The notes under the pieces were generated by a model. That model saw only the letters and a list, made by a program, of their open reading frames with translations. It made no database searches and was not told where the DNA came from. Below, piece by piece: positions 1 through 13,802 of a DNA stretch of 64,000 nucleotides; the first letter of the stretch is position 1; every line of letters starts with the position of its first letter. Source of the stretch: Eledone cirrhosa. Taxonomy: Eukaryota. The stretch lies in NCBI GenBank assembly GCA_964016885.1, contig OZ024747.1, positions 82,398,001 to 82,462,000 on the forward strand, given 5' to 3'. The position numbers were made by a program, and so were the translations under genes.

Positions 1-110
1 TCGCTAGCTGGACTAAAAAGTCACACTCGTTCAGCGCATCGGTAGGGGTTCTCCTACATGGATATAAAGTAGTGGCCGTACTCGAAAACGAGTTGGCAGC
101 CACCACCATG
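1..110 (+). mobile_element. 3' end of a non-autonomous RTE-like retroposon, running into a (ATGT)n tail
   Basis: Reverse-complement copies occur at 18368-18500 and 36947-37352; followed by (TGTA)n. Confidence 0.6.
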
Positions 111-219
111 TATGTATGTATGTATGCATGAATGTATGTATATAGCTATGTGTAATAATGTAACAATATTTAGCATACATCAAAACTGTAATTACACAAG
201 AAACAAAAATGTCTTTCTC

Positions 220-306
<87 letters not shown>

Positions 307-309
307 ATA

Positions 310-577
310 TAAAGTGTAAAGTCTGTCTTGTGCCACGAGGCTCATTTGGCCGGTGCTTATCCCGGTTTCATGGCGTGAAGCGACTGAGAGTACAAGACCT
401 CTCCCTGGACAGGACGCCAGTCCATCACAGGGTTAAGCCCCTAGCTATTGCTGGTACTCATTTTCAGCTGAGTATACTGGAGCAACATGAAATGAAGTAT
501 CTTGCCCAGAACACAACACGCAATCCAGGAATCGAACCCACGACATTATCATCGTAAGTCCAACACCCTACCATTAT
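310..577 (-). mobile_element. tRNA-derived SINE, family B
   Basis: Minus strand has B-box GGTTCGATTCC and core GGCAAGATACTTCATTTCATGTTGCTCCAG, shared with copies at 14797, 20701, 21080 and 54489. Confidence 0.75.
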
Positions 578-2253
578 GTCACGTTCCTCTACTATATATA
601 TATATATATGAAAACAGAAATAACAAAGCAAATGACACAGTACAATGAAGAAATATATTATTACTTTTATACTTGATATAGTAGGAAAAGAGTCTTAACA
701 TTCCAGTCGAGAGTGTTGCCGCGTGTGTACGTTTCTGGTCATTCGAATGCGTGCAAATCAACATGTACCTGCCATATTTTGTAGCAAGCCATGTAAATGA
801 AACAATTTACTGCTACTGCTATTTGCTTTCTCCAGATAACGAATTAACTGTTATCATTTAATTAGAAATACATTCGGTCCCATTCATTTGTATTTGAATC
901 TTACTGCCAAAATATACCAATTATTTGTACCGATTCTATTCTGTCGTGAAACCTTACTTTATGCTATTGCTAGGATTATATTTTTATTGATTAAAAGGTG
1001 TTTTAATTTACTTGTAGCATTGTAGAATGTTTAGAAAACAATTTTCTATAGAATGTTTCGGCAAAGCAAATATAACGTTAAACATTATCAATAACAATAA
1101 CAAGTGTTGAAAATTTATCTTGGTCAATGATATAATTCAGTTTGCCTCCATTTGTAGCTATCGCATACCTCCATGTTGTCTTAATTCTTGAATTCTTTTG
1201 CTAATAGTATTTTCTCCGACACATATCAGCAACCAATTAAATATTTCCAAGGTAACATTTTCACACCTTTGTTACTGGTATTTTTTAATATTTAATGTAC
1301 TATTTTCATTGAGTAGCCTTCTAAAACGGTATATTTTTATTGTATTTTTTTCTTACAGTCACTAGATCAGTCATAATCGAACAAACCAATAATCAATGAC
1401 ATTCCAGCTCTGATCATCCAGTCATTTAATACTATATAGAACTGACTGAAATAACGTATTTAATGTAGTCGGTGTGAATTGAAAAAGACTTGATTTTCTG
1501 TTGTTCTTTTTTCTTTTTTCTTTTGCTGTAAATACTCTTAAACTTGTTTAAATTTCCTGTTTTCTCCTCCGCTTAGGACAGAATAATTTGCTTTTGTCGA
1601 GCTTTATTGGATTTTGTTTTTAATTTCTCACCGGAATTTTATTTTCTTTAAATTGATTCTAAATTTGGTGTCTTCGACGGTGGCAACGTTGTGTGCTTAA
1701 AAAAATGTAAACATAACAACTATGAAAAAAAATTTGATTCTATTTGAAAAAAAAACTGAATTTGAAATAACATTATAAAAACAACGTTTCAGTGAGAAAC
1801 GTCATATGTAACAAGACTAAAATTATGAACAATGATATTAACATTATCAATATGAACACTAACAATATCAATATTTCTATTGGCGTCGGTAGCTTTACTG
1901 TCTTTAGTATCAATAATTACAACGACAATAACATTGAAACGATGCTGAAACAAAGTCATTGAGAAAAGCAGCAAGACCAACCACATCCCTCGCCTTAGTA
2001 GCTGTAGGCGAAGAACTAGATTTCACAAGAATTCCAACAACACAGAAGTAGCGAACTATGTAGGTCATCAATGACCCTCTTTGTCTCAGAAGTTTGTGAC
2101 AGAAAGGTAAAAATAACAGTGGCCTGCTTCTGCTCGTCCTTGAAAGCCAATTTAAACCAGAAACTAAGCGGCGAAAAGGGTGTTTGAAAATTGTGTGACC
2201 TCAATATGGAATGATATAAGTTATTATACTGCAATCTATCATGTATATATATG

Positions 2254-2285
<32 letters not shown>

Positions 2286-2366
2286 ATTGGTGTGGGATGC
2301 TTAAAGCGTCCGTAAGTGGTAGGCCGTTTGAGCACTCGATACTCTTACAGAGCTGAGTATGATATT

Positions 2367-2556
2367 ACATAAGAAACGGAGAATCAGTGTTGCGACGAAT
2401 AACATTTATTAGACATATTACAATAGTTTCTCTGGCGACCAGCTCGAGGCACGATCGATGTAATGATCGAACCTGACTTTGAAATCGCCAGAGAAATGAT
2501 TGTAATATGTCTAATAAATGTTATTCGTCGCAACACTGATTCTCCGTTTCTTATGT
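2367..2556. repeat. Foldback (inverted repeat) of a PLE-like remnant between (TA)n tracts
   Basis: ~70-bp arms (ACATAAGAAACGGAG...CTCTGGCGA / TCGCCAGAG...CTTATGT) around a ~45-bp loop. Confidence 0.7.
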
Positions 2557-2557
2557 G

Positions 2558-2593
<36 letters not shown>

Positions 2594-2649
2594 ATATATG
2601 GCGTAGGATAGAAGAAAGGAAAGGCACAGAAACGAAGAAAGAAATCCCC

Positions 2650-2694
2650 AGTCACTGAAGAGGTCACAGAGTGTGTGACGAAAGAACTATGACT
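2650..2694 (+). ncRNA. Minimal type-I hammerhead ribozyme motif in a PLE-like remnant (2600-2851)
   Basis: AGTCA-CTGAAGA-G-GTCACA..TGTGAC-GAAA-GAAC-TA-TGACT; stem I AGTCA/TGACT. Confidence 0.7.
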
Positions 2695-2849
2695 ATATAT
2701 ATATAAACAACTATCTGGTTGTGGAACCAACCAACCAACCAGAAATTTATAAATTTGTAAATTTATAAATATATATTAAATTAAATTGAAGTGAAAGCAA
2801 CTGGTGCGTGTGTTTCTTATTGGCAACATGACCCTCCCAAAGTATAACA

Positions 2850-2880
<31 letters not shown>

Positions 2881-2882
<2 letters not shown>

Positions 2883-3098
2883 GTTATGTAATAAACAACA
2901 TAAGCTAATTAATTTCTTTACCAGTGGTTTCTTGAAGACAGATATTTATATCTAACGACTGAAGACAGATATAAATATCTGTCTTCAAGAAACCACTGGT
3001 AAATGAATTAATTATCTTATATTGTTTATTACATAACTAAAAGGATCTGTAACCTACATAGAGCACTCTCTTTTCCTTTACATTTCCTACGGAAATAC

Positions 3099-3100
<2 letters not shown>
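2881..3100. mobile_element. PLE-like remnant with a foldback and an HHR-derived motif
   Basis: Arms 2881-2953 / 2960-3038; contains CTGAAGA...GAAACCACTGGTA; related to 14630-14775 and 33088-33190. Confidence 0.55.
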
Positions 3101-3140
<40 letters not shown>

Positions 3141-3141
<1 letters not shown>

Positions 3142-3334
3142 CGAAGGAACCAGGTGGACCATAACGCACCAAAGTACTCAATACTTAGGGTAGTAGAGTG
3201 GGTAATAGGAACAAGTAAGACCCCGACGGCTGAGCTCAAGCCGTTTCGACGGCTAATTCTGGACTGTATTTAGCCGTCCAGAATTAGCCGTCGAAACGGC
3301 TTGAGCTCAGCCGTCGGGGTCTTACTTGTTCCTA
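3141..3334. mobile_element. PLE-like remnant with a foldback carrying the 3' half of an HHR
   Basis: Arms 3205-3264 / 3276-3334; GAAA-CGGCT-tgagctc-AGCCG-TC-GGGGTC; other copies at 5473-5600, 16492-16571 and 29741-29934. Confidence 0.65.
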
Positions 3335-3990
3335 TATATATATATATATATGAAAATAGGGAGAAAATGACGATTATTAAGAAGAAAAATATATTTGTTT
3401 CCTTTTATTTTTTTCTCTTTTTTCTGGGTTAGAAAATGTTTAAAACAAAATATTTTACTTTGTGTGAAGTGTTAAGGTATTAGTTAATTTATTTATTAAT
3501 TAACAATAGCATTTATTTATTTATTTATTTATTTATTTATATATTTAATAATTGTCTATTACCGGTTTCAGTATTTTATGCATTATCAAAAGGGGGAATT
3601 TGTATTGGTTTAAAATGTTGGAGAGAAAATAATGTGATGTTGAACATGTTAAGGAAATGGGAAAGAAAGAATAATATTATTTACAAACAAGGTGGGGGGG
3701 GGGTGTACATCTACACACAGACCATATAAATGGGCCGGTGAGTCTTAGTTTAACGAAATATATACGTTCAGTTTAAACCATGTACGCTGCAAACATTACA
3801 TGAATATATATTCTGTAACGTTTATCACTATCAGTCGTAATCTGATATACAAATACTAAGTTGGAATACTACATCAATTTAGAATGTGGAGGCCGAGCAT
3901 GCGATATCGGTGAGAATCGAAAACCAAATATAGGCATGAATATTATCTCTGAAGAAAACTATTTCTATTTCAGTTTGGTATAAAGAACTT

Positions 3991-4190
3991 TAGGCAGTGA
4001 ATTGGCAGAGTTGTTAGGGAATTGGATTAAAAATACCTCTGGCTTTGTTCCGGGTCTGATTTTAAATCCTGCCGGGGTCACTTTTCCCTTTAATCCATTT
4101 TAAGTTGATAAATAAATTACCTGTAGAGTATTGTGGATGTTTCTTCCCCACCACCACTATCTATCTTTCTTAATTTGGAAGAAATCGTGT
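3991..4190 (+). mobile_element. Diverged tRNA-derived SINE, family A
   Basis: GGCAGTGAATTGGCAGA head and a degenerate core matching the copy at 5249. Confidence 0.55.
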
Positions 4191-4368
4191 GTATTACTAC
4201 TTGAAGATAGACGGCATATGTCACGTTTAAAATACTCAATATGGTATGACTGCACCCCTACGATTCCATCAAGGCCCGATTAAAATCTTCATGCTTTAAA
4301 TATTGAATATTCCAACGCTGTGATAGATTACATTTTTAATCATTACCAAACTTCCATGTCTTAATTAA

Positions 4369-4516
<148 letters not shown>

Positions 4517-5248
4517 ATATATATATATATAAATCTCTCTTTCTATCTCTCTAACTATCTATCTATCTCTCTCGCTCTCTTATGCCATCTATTTTTTTTT
4601 TGTCTCACTCTTTTACTCTCACAGACTTATGCTTTCACGTTCAAACAGAAATAAATAATTTCCTCGTTGAGAAAACATTTTTAAAAATCGTGCACTTAAT
4701 TTCATGGCTTTGATTTTAAAAATTCAACAATTTCTCACCGATATTTTTAATTTTTTAGATATCTATTTTCCTTTCTTGAAAATCGGTTTTAATATTCGCA
4801 ATAAATAATTCATTCAAAGATATTTTCTGAAAGAGTTTTAATACAATTTAGATCAAATGCTGTTAAGCATACGACTTCTGTTGAGATAGACAGTGTTGTT
4901 CAATGTATTTATGCATGGCATAGTCACAATGTCTTACATTATTTCAGTGGACGACTTTAAGAGTCAATTGACTATAGCAATTCTTGTACTTCAGTGGGGG
5001 GCTAATTTTATCAAGTCCAGAACTGATAAAAAGGGGAAACCGATTTCTGAGAGGTTTGAACACAGAAGAGTAACGGACGTATCTGAATGCGTGTCTGGGT
5101 GTGTCTGTGTGTGTGTGTATGTGCGTGTGTGTAAGTGTTTGTGTGTGAGTGTGTGTGTGTGTCTATATATGTATGCATATATGTACAGATTATTTATATA
5201 TATATATATATATGCATATATGTAAACACACACACACATATATATTAT

Positions 5249-5434
5249 AAGGGCGGTGAATTGGCAGTATCGGTAGAGGGTTGGACGCCATGCTTTCTAG
5301 CATAGTTACGTCCCTTTACAGTCTGAGTTCAAATCCCGCCGAGGTTAACTTTGCCTTTCATCCTTACGGGGTCGATAAAATAAAGTACCAGTAATGTACT
5401 GGGTAATTGCTGGCCTTGTGCCTAAAGTAGAAAC

Positions 5435-5438
<4 letters not shown>
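5249..5438 (+). mobile_element. tRNA-derived SINE, family A (octopus-type)
   Basis: GGCGGTGAATTGGCAG head, B-box GAGTTCAAATCCC, core CTTTGCCTTTCATCCTTACGGGGTCGATAAA, tail GGCCTTGTGCCTAAAGTAGAAAC; about 10 copies in the window. Confidence 0.85.
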
Positions 5439-5474
<36 letters not shown>

Positions 5475-5726
5475 CGAAGGAAGTGTGGTAAGGAACCAGG
5501 TGGACCATAACGCACCAGAGTACTTGATACTTTGGGTAGTAGAGTGGGTAATAGGAAAAGAGTCAGGACCCCTATTTAGTCCAGAAACGGCTTGAGCTCC
5601 GTGTGTGTGTGTGTGCTTATTAAGAATCAACTATAATGGATATGTCATCTCATCCGTATGGATAATGAACGCATTCCCGAGCCAATGTTTACTGGTGACC
5701 GTATACTGTCTATATAGGTTTATCTA

Positions 5727-5797
<71 letters not shown>

Positions 5798-7290
5798 CTG
5801 TGTGTGTGCGTGTGTGTGTGTGCGTGTGTAAATTGGTAGAAAGACAGAGAGTTAAAGGGTGCCAGACATCTCTGTTGGTCGAGAACATTGTAGAATATTT
5901 GACCTGACTCCACCCTATTTGTCTAACAATTGTGTTCTTGAATTCTAAATCAAAAGGTGAGAACCTTTCAAAGAGATCTTAGCGTTGCCGTATGAGAGAC
6001 GGTCAAAATATCCTGTATAGATATTATAATATATATTTAGAAAACTACCTGAGCCAATTAACTGGAAATAACCTGTAACAGGGGAATTACGAACACCATG
6101 TACTTTTAAAAGATAATGTAATTTTGAACAGTAAATGCATTAAAAATGATTGTCTTTTTCGGAAACTTTATAATCTTTCTCAAATATATCTAAAGAGATA
6201 ATTCCGGTTTTATTTGTCTAACACCGTTTAGAATCAATAAAGACGCTTGCCCTCTCATGTAGTTACTGTGAAATGTCATCATCAGATTTGATACATTACA
6301 CTGACGTTAAAACCTAACTCATGTCCATAACACAGGAGTATTAAAAAATATATAAACTAATAGAATGCAAGAAAGGAAAAGAAATTGGTGAAGGGTGAAA
6401 TTGACTTCCAGACAAAATATTCTGAGGAATGGCCTAGAATGAACTTGGTAGTTCGGAAAGAACAATTATCAAAGCAAAAGTATGTGAAGTGCAACGGCTG
6501 AAATATTCATAACAAACCACTATTTTCTTTTGTTATCTATCTTATGTATAAAACTTGGTAATATAATAGAAAAATGGAAAAATGTCTTAGACTTGGTAAC
6601 CTCTAAAATTTCATAACTGTTTTTTGAGTTATATTATTTCTCATGCATTTTACCAATTCCATATATTGATTTTTTTCTTTCTCTGCTAAATGAAATTTAG
6701 CTAGCGGTAGCGATTATAGTGGAACATTGTGACTTTATTATATTAATCTGTTAGAACACGAAAAGTGTGAAACAACAGAATGTTCACTTTTCGTGTTCTA
6801 ACATATATGCCTAGCTTCTTTAAAAAATGTTCGGGGATAGCCGTGGTGGTGGTGATCGTATGTCATTGGCTAATTTTCAACCAATCAGAGTACCTCTCTC
6901 TATATCTCTTCCACTGTTACTTACGCCTGTTTCTCTCTATCTGTTCCGTCTCTATATATATCTCTTACTCTTTCGCTTTGCACTCCTCCCCTTCAATACC
7001 ATCTCTCCCCCTCTCTATATATTTGTTACTCTATCGCTGCACGCTCCTCTCCTTCAATATATCAATTACACACGCTTTACACTCCTTTATCCCCAGCGCC
7101 CCTATATACACCCCCCCTCTCCCGCATCTATATTTTAATGTACCGTTGCACCGTGAATATATGTGTCTATATATATATACATATATATTGTATATACACA
7201 TTCATGTATGTGTATACACACTCATGTATGTATATACACTGGTTTTATGTGTGTATTGTAAATTTGTACTGTTAAAACACGAAACTAACA

Positions 7291-7375
7291 TTCGATTGAC
7301 ACTTTGATTACCTGTACAGGCAATAGTTATTAGAATGCTGTTGAAGTGTGTATATATTTTTGGGGGACATCCTGT
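7291..7375. mobile_element. Tc1/mariner-type MITE (partial)
   Basis: Ends GGACATCCTG|TA; same family at 17798, 31531 and 57011. Confidence 0.6.
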
Positions 7376-8163
7376 ATATACACACATTATATATAATACA
7401 ATAAACAGATAAATACACACATATATATATGAGCTTATTTAATTATAAATATTGTGAATTTTTAACTCAGTTCAATTATATATATAAATGGCTTCTACAG
7501 GACTAGAACTGTTTCATTCGAAAGAAATCATCATAATATTGAGAGGGGGGACTAGATAAAATATTTCAAATCAAATGTGTATAAGTTATAAGTTAAAATG
7601 TATAAATAGAGACGATAGTGGAGGTATATCTGTTTAGTGGAACAGTAGACGATAGAATTAAATACAGACGAGAATCTCCCTTTAATGAAACAGCAGACGA
7701 TAGAATTAAGGCAATTTAAATTTTAAGCATTTGCATTTTTGCCTTTCATCGTTACGGGGTCGATAAAATAAAGTACCAGTAATACACTGTCACTAGACGA
7801 CTTTCAAATTGAATTGTTGGTTCCATTTCTTTAGTATTTTCAATTGTAGTTATCTACTTAAAAAGCGTTACACGGTTAGAGACATAATTCGTAAGTTATA
7901 TCTTCCCTATTAAACCATTGCATTATTTCGCCTTCAATAGAACAAAAATGAAATGTTCTTTAAAGAAACAGGAATATAACTTTATAAAAAAAAGTTGCAT
8001 CCGCTTCTTTTATCATTGATAATTTTTTCGTTTTAATATTAATTGTTTTTTGTAGTTGTTTATATTAAAAATCTTACTGTAATATTTACTTAAACGAAGG
8101 CAAACATCTAAACTTATAGATTAATCTTGAGCGAAGGACTAGATAAATCTCTCTCTCTCTTCC

Positions 8164-8202
<39 letters not shown>

Positions 8203-8597
8203 AACGAAGAATGATAAAATTTCAAGCAAAGAGTTTAATTAGGTATATTTTGTAATATTATTAACTAATTATTATAATTAACGCGCATATTTTGCTATCC
8301 TCAAACACGTTTACACATGGCATGAAATATAACTAATCCGAGATGGCTAGGTTTCATCTTCTAACTGGATATACGAAATCCATTATGTCTTGACAACAAC
8401 ATGAGGTAACATTATGTTATTCACAGACACACTTTGTACACTGTTCCATATCAGAATGTATTTCCTTCGTCACATTCACAAACAGTATTGAAAATATGTT
8501 CTTCGACAAATAAAAATGTTTTGTTCATAATATTTCAACTAGCGATTGCTCTACTCCACGCACGACCACCATAAATTAATGACCAGCTCAACACAAG

Positions 8598-8765
8598 TAT
8601 TGGTAGAGCGTCAGACACCATGCTTTGCAGTATTGTTATGGTCCTTTGCATTCTAAGTTCAAATCCTGCCGAGGTTAACTTCGACTTTCATACTTACTAA
8701 TTCGATAAAATAAAGTACCAGTAATGGACTGCCGTAATGGATTTGTGCCGAAAAATAGAAACACT
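8598..8765 (+). mobile_element. SINE family A copy
   Basis: B-box and core match the copy at 5249. Confidence 0.7.
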
Positions 8766-9119
8766 ATTAATGTGCAATAAGAGCAAAATATAACGACATT
8801 GCTCAATTATTTTATCTAATGTTGTAATAACACAAGGAAATGTTGTTTGTGTATTTTTTTTTATATTTGCTCATAGGCTTTTACAATTTCGCTCAGCCAA
8901 CAACTATTAAAAAGTGAGTTGCTTAAGATAACAATTTAATCACAAATTGTTGCTATCTTTTAATACACTCCAACAAGTCATCAAATTATGTACAATAAAA
9001 ACAAATCTTATTAATTTGCTCAGGGAATATAAAGAAAATGTATATACACTGATAATTGCAATTGTATGTAAATATTTTGTTTTTGTATTGTATATTTTAT
9101 GTTTTCTATTATGTATAAT

Positions 9120-10275
9120 ATATTGATTTAATATTGATTGTTTTTTGTAGTTGTTTATATTAAAAGTCTGAAAATATTTTTATACATCTTACACTAATAT
9201 TTATAAGATAATTTATAATAACAATTACATAATCTAATTACATTACAACGATAATTTATTATTAATATATATCCTGTTTAACTAGAGTTATTACAAGCGT
9301 TGCCTTAAAAAAATATTAAACTAGACATGAAAAATGCGCAAGCTCAAAAGTGCCACAGAATGTTATAATAAACCTTCAAAAGTGTGGGACTAGAGTTGTT
9401 GCTAAAAAATATTGTAATCATTATATATCGTACATTCTGTGGCATCCTTTATAAAAATAGCTTAAACCAACGAAGCCTTTATTTTTACGCTATTTCACTT
9501 AGTTAATTCTTAGAGTGTAACATATAAAAATAAATACATCTATGTTTAATGTAATAACAGCTATAAATAATTACGTAATATTATTATCATATACTCATAG
9601 TAACAAAATAATTGTGTTGAAACTTAATATGATGCTTATATGAACGATCAAATCTATAATGATAATTTCTTAAATATACTAATAGTAAAATAATTTAGTT
9701 ATCTATTGTTACATTTTCATAGAACTATAATATTAACAATCGTATTGCATTATCAAATTTTTATCACTACAAACTTTCATATTGGAATTACCTTAAGCCA
9801 CTTATTATTACTTCGCTTTCGTACTTTTACAGCTGTAGATATTGCGCTGTATCTTATATCTAATATCAATATCTCGTGGTAATTTGCATGAAGTGTAAAA
9901 TAGGTTTATTAATAACTTTAATATGAAATGTATTATACAGGGCTGCGGAGTCGGCCAAAAATTGACTGGCTCCAACTCAGGATCCGATACTCCATTATTT
10001 CCTAAATTTCAGCTCCGCAGCTCTGTTATTATATTAATTAATTTATTTTATAGTTGTAAATCATATTTTTATATGTTACACTCTAAGAATTAACTAAGTG
10101 AAATAGCGTAAAAATAAAGGCTTCGTTGGTTTAAGCTATTTTTATAAAGGATGCCACAGAATGTACGATATATAATGATTACAATATTTTTTAGCAACAA
10201 CTCTAGTCCCACACTTTTGAAGGTTTATTATAACATTCTGTGGCACTTTTGAGCTTGCGCATTTTTCATGTCTAG
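9120..10275. mobile_element. Foldback element with ~210-bp inverted repeats (9320-9531 / 10064-10275)
   Basis: Near-perfect inverted arms; second copy at 53560-54175. Confidence 0.75.
9938..10025. mobile_element. hAT-like mini-MITE
   Basis: TIRs CAGGGCTGCGGAG / CTCCGCAGCTCTG; 8-bp flanks GTATTATA / TTATTATA look like a TSD. Confidence 0.6.
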
Positions 10276-11787
10276 TATATAATGTGTTGCTCGTGTCTTT
10301 TTAGCAAGTCTCCGAATATAAAATATAATGGTGAAATAAGAATGATGATACGCCAAGACCATGGGGTATCTAGTTGAAATCTTTATAACTGACACTACCT
10401 TTTCTTTTTTTATCATTCAAAATATTTCTTTTCTATAAAGAGAAACGTTAAATCGATGGGTTGTGATTCGGATATTACGTATATAATTAACTGAGATATT
10501 ACTGGTATATAATTAACTGAGATATGATGTACGTTAATATCAGTGTTGGATATATAAATGGATAATTATGTTAGATATTACAAAACAACGGGAATATCTT
10601 TCAGACGTTTTTTAGATTTAAAATGAAATAAAAAGTTGAAACAACCAACCTGAAAATAGTATTAAAACATTGCCAGTCTTTGACCTGAACATAGTTCTGA
10701 TCAAAGGTTTGGTTTCTTTTTTTTTATCCAACAGATAGATAATTCGTACTCACCTGAAAATAAAGAAAAAATAGGAATATTAAAGTAGGGAATAAATGAA
10801 AGATCGAGAATGTTAATACATCAAAACTATATTTAAAATAAATGTTTGTCATATAAATATTCACAACACAAGAGAATTCTCTTTTATTTTAAAGTATTGT
10901 TGGTGTTGCTGGTGAAGATGATATTGTAGAAGCGGAATTGTTGGAGGTGCTTCTATTGGATAAAACATTTACAACAATCTATTTAAAGTTACATGCTTTC
11001 AGATGATGATAAAGAATCAAATCAACGCAAAAGCTTCCATCCCTTTTAGTGAGACCAATACTTGAGGTTACGGAATTTTGTGAGATATTTTCTAGTATAG
11101 AAAATAAAATACAACCGAAAAAGTAGTCTACGGTGAGAAGTTCTACATTATAATGTGTTGGGTTATTTGCGTGCTTTCCATAGTTATGATAAAACGATTT
11201 TTTTTTCCTTTTTGGAAAGTTAGATATTACTAAACTGTGAGATAACTTCTTTATGATAAACGAAAAAAAAAAAAAAAAATCTACTAGTTGCGATGTGCAG
11301 ATACAGAAGAAGTTTGGCTTTGGCAAAAAGAAAAATTCCGAACGGAAGTTACAAAATATTAATGATACAAAAATCTAATGCTACAGTTTCATAGACTCAG
11401 TGATATATTTCTGGTGCATGATTAGAAGCTAGTAAACATTTTCTAGATTAAATAAAAAACAGATTCTCAACGCATAAAAGTCGAAAATTCGGCTTCATAC
11501 AATGTTTATATATATTAAAACAAAATATATATATATATGTGTTAAAACAGAAAACAAAAACAATAAGGAAATGTGCAGTACAAAGTGTTAGTATTAGGTT
11601 CACTCTTGAGAGTGGGGGATGGGGGACGGCATTTTGGGCATAATCCCTTCATCAGGAGAAATGTGGGAAGGAAAAGAGTTCCGAGGGTGAGGGGGAGTGG
11701 TGGAAAGACATTAAAATTGGGGGCGGGGGAATTAAAGGGAAGGTAAAAATTAGAAAGAGGGTAAAAAAATGAAAATGAAACAAGTGG

Positions 11788-11841
<54 letters not shown>

Positions 11842-11850
11842 CACACACAC

Positions 11851-11890
<40 letters not shown>

Positions 11891-12086
11891 GCCAATAATT
11901 AGCTTTACAGTATGATAACCAACTGTAAGTAGAACTTTATGTATGTGTCTCTTTTAAACAAATAAATAATTAATTGTGTTTGACATATAAACATTTCCAT
12001 ATTACATTATATATATACAATATATATATATATATACAAATATATATTGTGTACAAATGTCTCCTGTGTTTGGTAGGTTCATTTTC

Positions 12087-12231
<145 letters not shown>

Positions 12232-12254
12232 TTCCAACTCGTGTGTTCCTTCTC

Positions 12255-12294
<40 letters not shown>

Positions 12295-12338
12295 TATATA
12301 GAAATTACATGAATCAAAGTTCTGTTTAAACCATTTAT

Positions 12339-12387
12339 TCGCTTACAATTGTTTCTTCCAAACCGGGGTTTGAGGTCTTCAGAGCAA
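12339..12387 (-). ncRNA. Minimal type-I hammerhead ribozyme motif (PLE remnant)
   Basis: Minus strand: TTGCT-CTGAAGA-cctCAAACCccGGTTTGgaa-GAAA-CAATTG-TA-AGCGA, overlapping AATAAA. Confidence 0.7.
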
Positions 12388-12638
12388 TTTTTCAATGATT
12401 GTTTACATACATAGCCTCCTTTTCAACACAAGAGACATACAGAAACATATGTATATATTGATTCATGTAATTTCTATATAACTGCTCTGTAGAACAACTG
12501 ATGTTATTACATTGAGCTATTTATCTTACTGGTAATAAGGTAGTAATAAATTACTGTCTTTCACTATTTAGGGTTTAAAATATATATAACTATAAAAGGT
12601 TTTAGTATATACATAACCATAAATAGTATCCTTAATAC

Positions 12639-12672
<34 letters not shown>

Positions 12673-12851
12673 AATATATATATTTATAGATATATATATA
12701 TATATATAATATTAATGACTCCCAGATATATATGCATATGTGTATGTTTGTGGGTGATATGTATTATTTCTTTAATAGAAGTCACTTTTACGGGTAAAAC
12801 AGTGCCGGCGGATATTAAGATATCACATATACCGTCTAAGTAGAGACGTAA

Positions 12852-13802
12852 TCTATATATATAAAGCTGTGGTTGTCTGTCTGTCTATCGATTTTTGGCA
12901 CACATCTCCTCTTAGAATCTCTGACGGAATTGCACCGAAATTGCTATACTTGTACATTGAGCCCTAGCGAAGACATCGGAAAAAAAATATTTCAAATTGA
13001 CCCACCCTATGTGACGAAATCGAATCTAATGTATCGATTTTTGAGCGTAAGTGACGAGTTATTTCCCTTAAAGCTGTGGTTGTCTGTCTGTCTATCGATT
13101 TTTGGCACACATCTCCTCTTAGAATCTCTGACGGAATTGCACCGAAATTGCTATACTTGTACATTGAGCCCTAGCGAAGACATCGGAAAAAAATATTTCA
13201 AATTGACCCACCCTATGTGACGAAATCGAATCTAATGTATCGATTACTTGAAAACAAGTCTATTTAAAGACTACGTAAAACAAGCAAATATTTCGTAAAA
13301 AAAAGCAAAAATTATATAAGTTTATTTAAAATATATGTATCTGTAAATTTCGTTAGGCGTGCAGACAGACAGTCGTGCAGACAGACAGTCGTGCAGAGAG
13401 GTGATATAGGCGTGCAGACAGACAGTCGTGCAGAGAGGTGATATAGGCGTGCAGACAGACAGTCGTGCAGAGAGGTGATATAGGCGTGCAGACAGACATA
13501 ACTGATAATTTGGTTACGCTAATGTTTTTCTCTGCGTTGCAGTGTTTACATTTTCTATCTTTGTTAATAAATAACCAGTGCAGTTTTTATCCCCAGCATC
13601 CTCTTTTGTTATAACATTCGGGTTATCGTTATGTTTTCTTAACTTCATAAGGCATATTGTTGGTTGAGGGAATATTAATCAAAAACACCACATGCAAGTC
13701 TGCACAGTAGACACTACAGTTTTTAAGCCAAAAAAGAAACTTAACATTGTAACTTTAACACAGCTACTGAGCGACCCGAGCAACGCCGGGCTTTACTGCT
13801 AG
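12852..13802 (+). mobile_element. Non-autonomous Helitron
   Basis: A|TCTATATATATAAA 5' end; 3' hairpin CCCG-agcaacgc-CGGG then CTAG|T; internal 207-bp-period duplication and minisatellite. Confidence 0.8.
13354..13498. repeat. Minisatellite inside the Helitron (GCGTGCAGACAGACAGTCGTGCAGAGAGGTGATATAG-type units)
   Basis: Visible tandem units. Confidence 0.85.

Noticed and set aside
10890-10975. Ser/Thr-rich reading frame on the minus strand
   Set aside because: Short, bounded by stops, no start codon or recognisable domain
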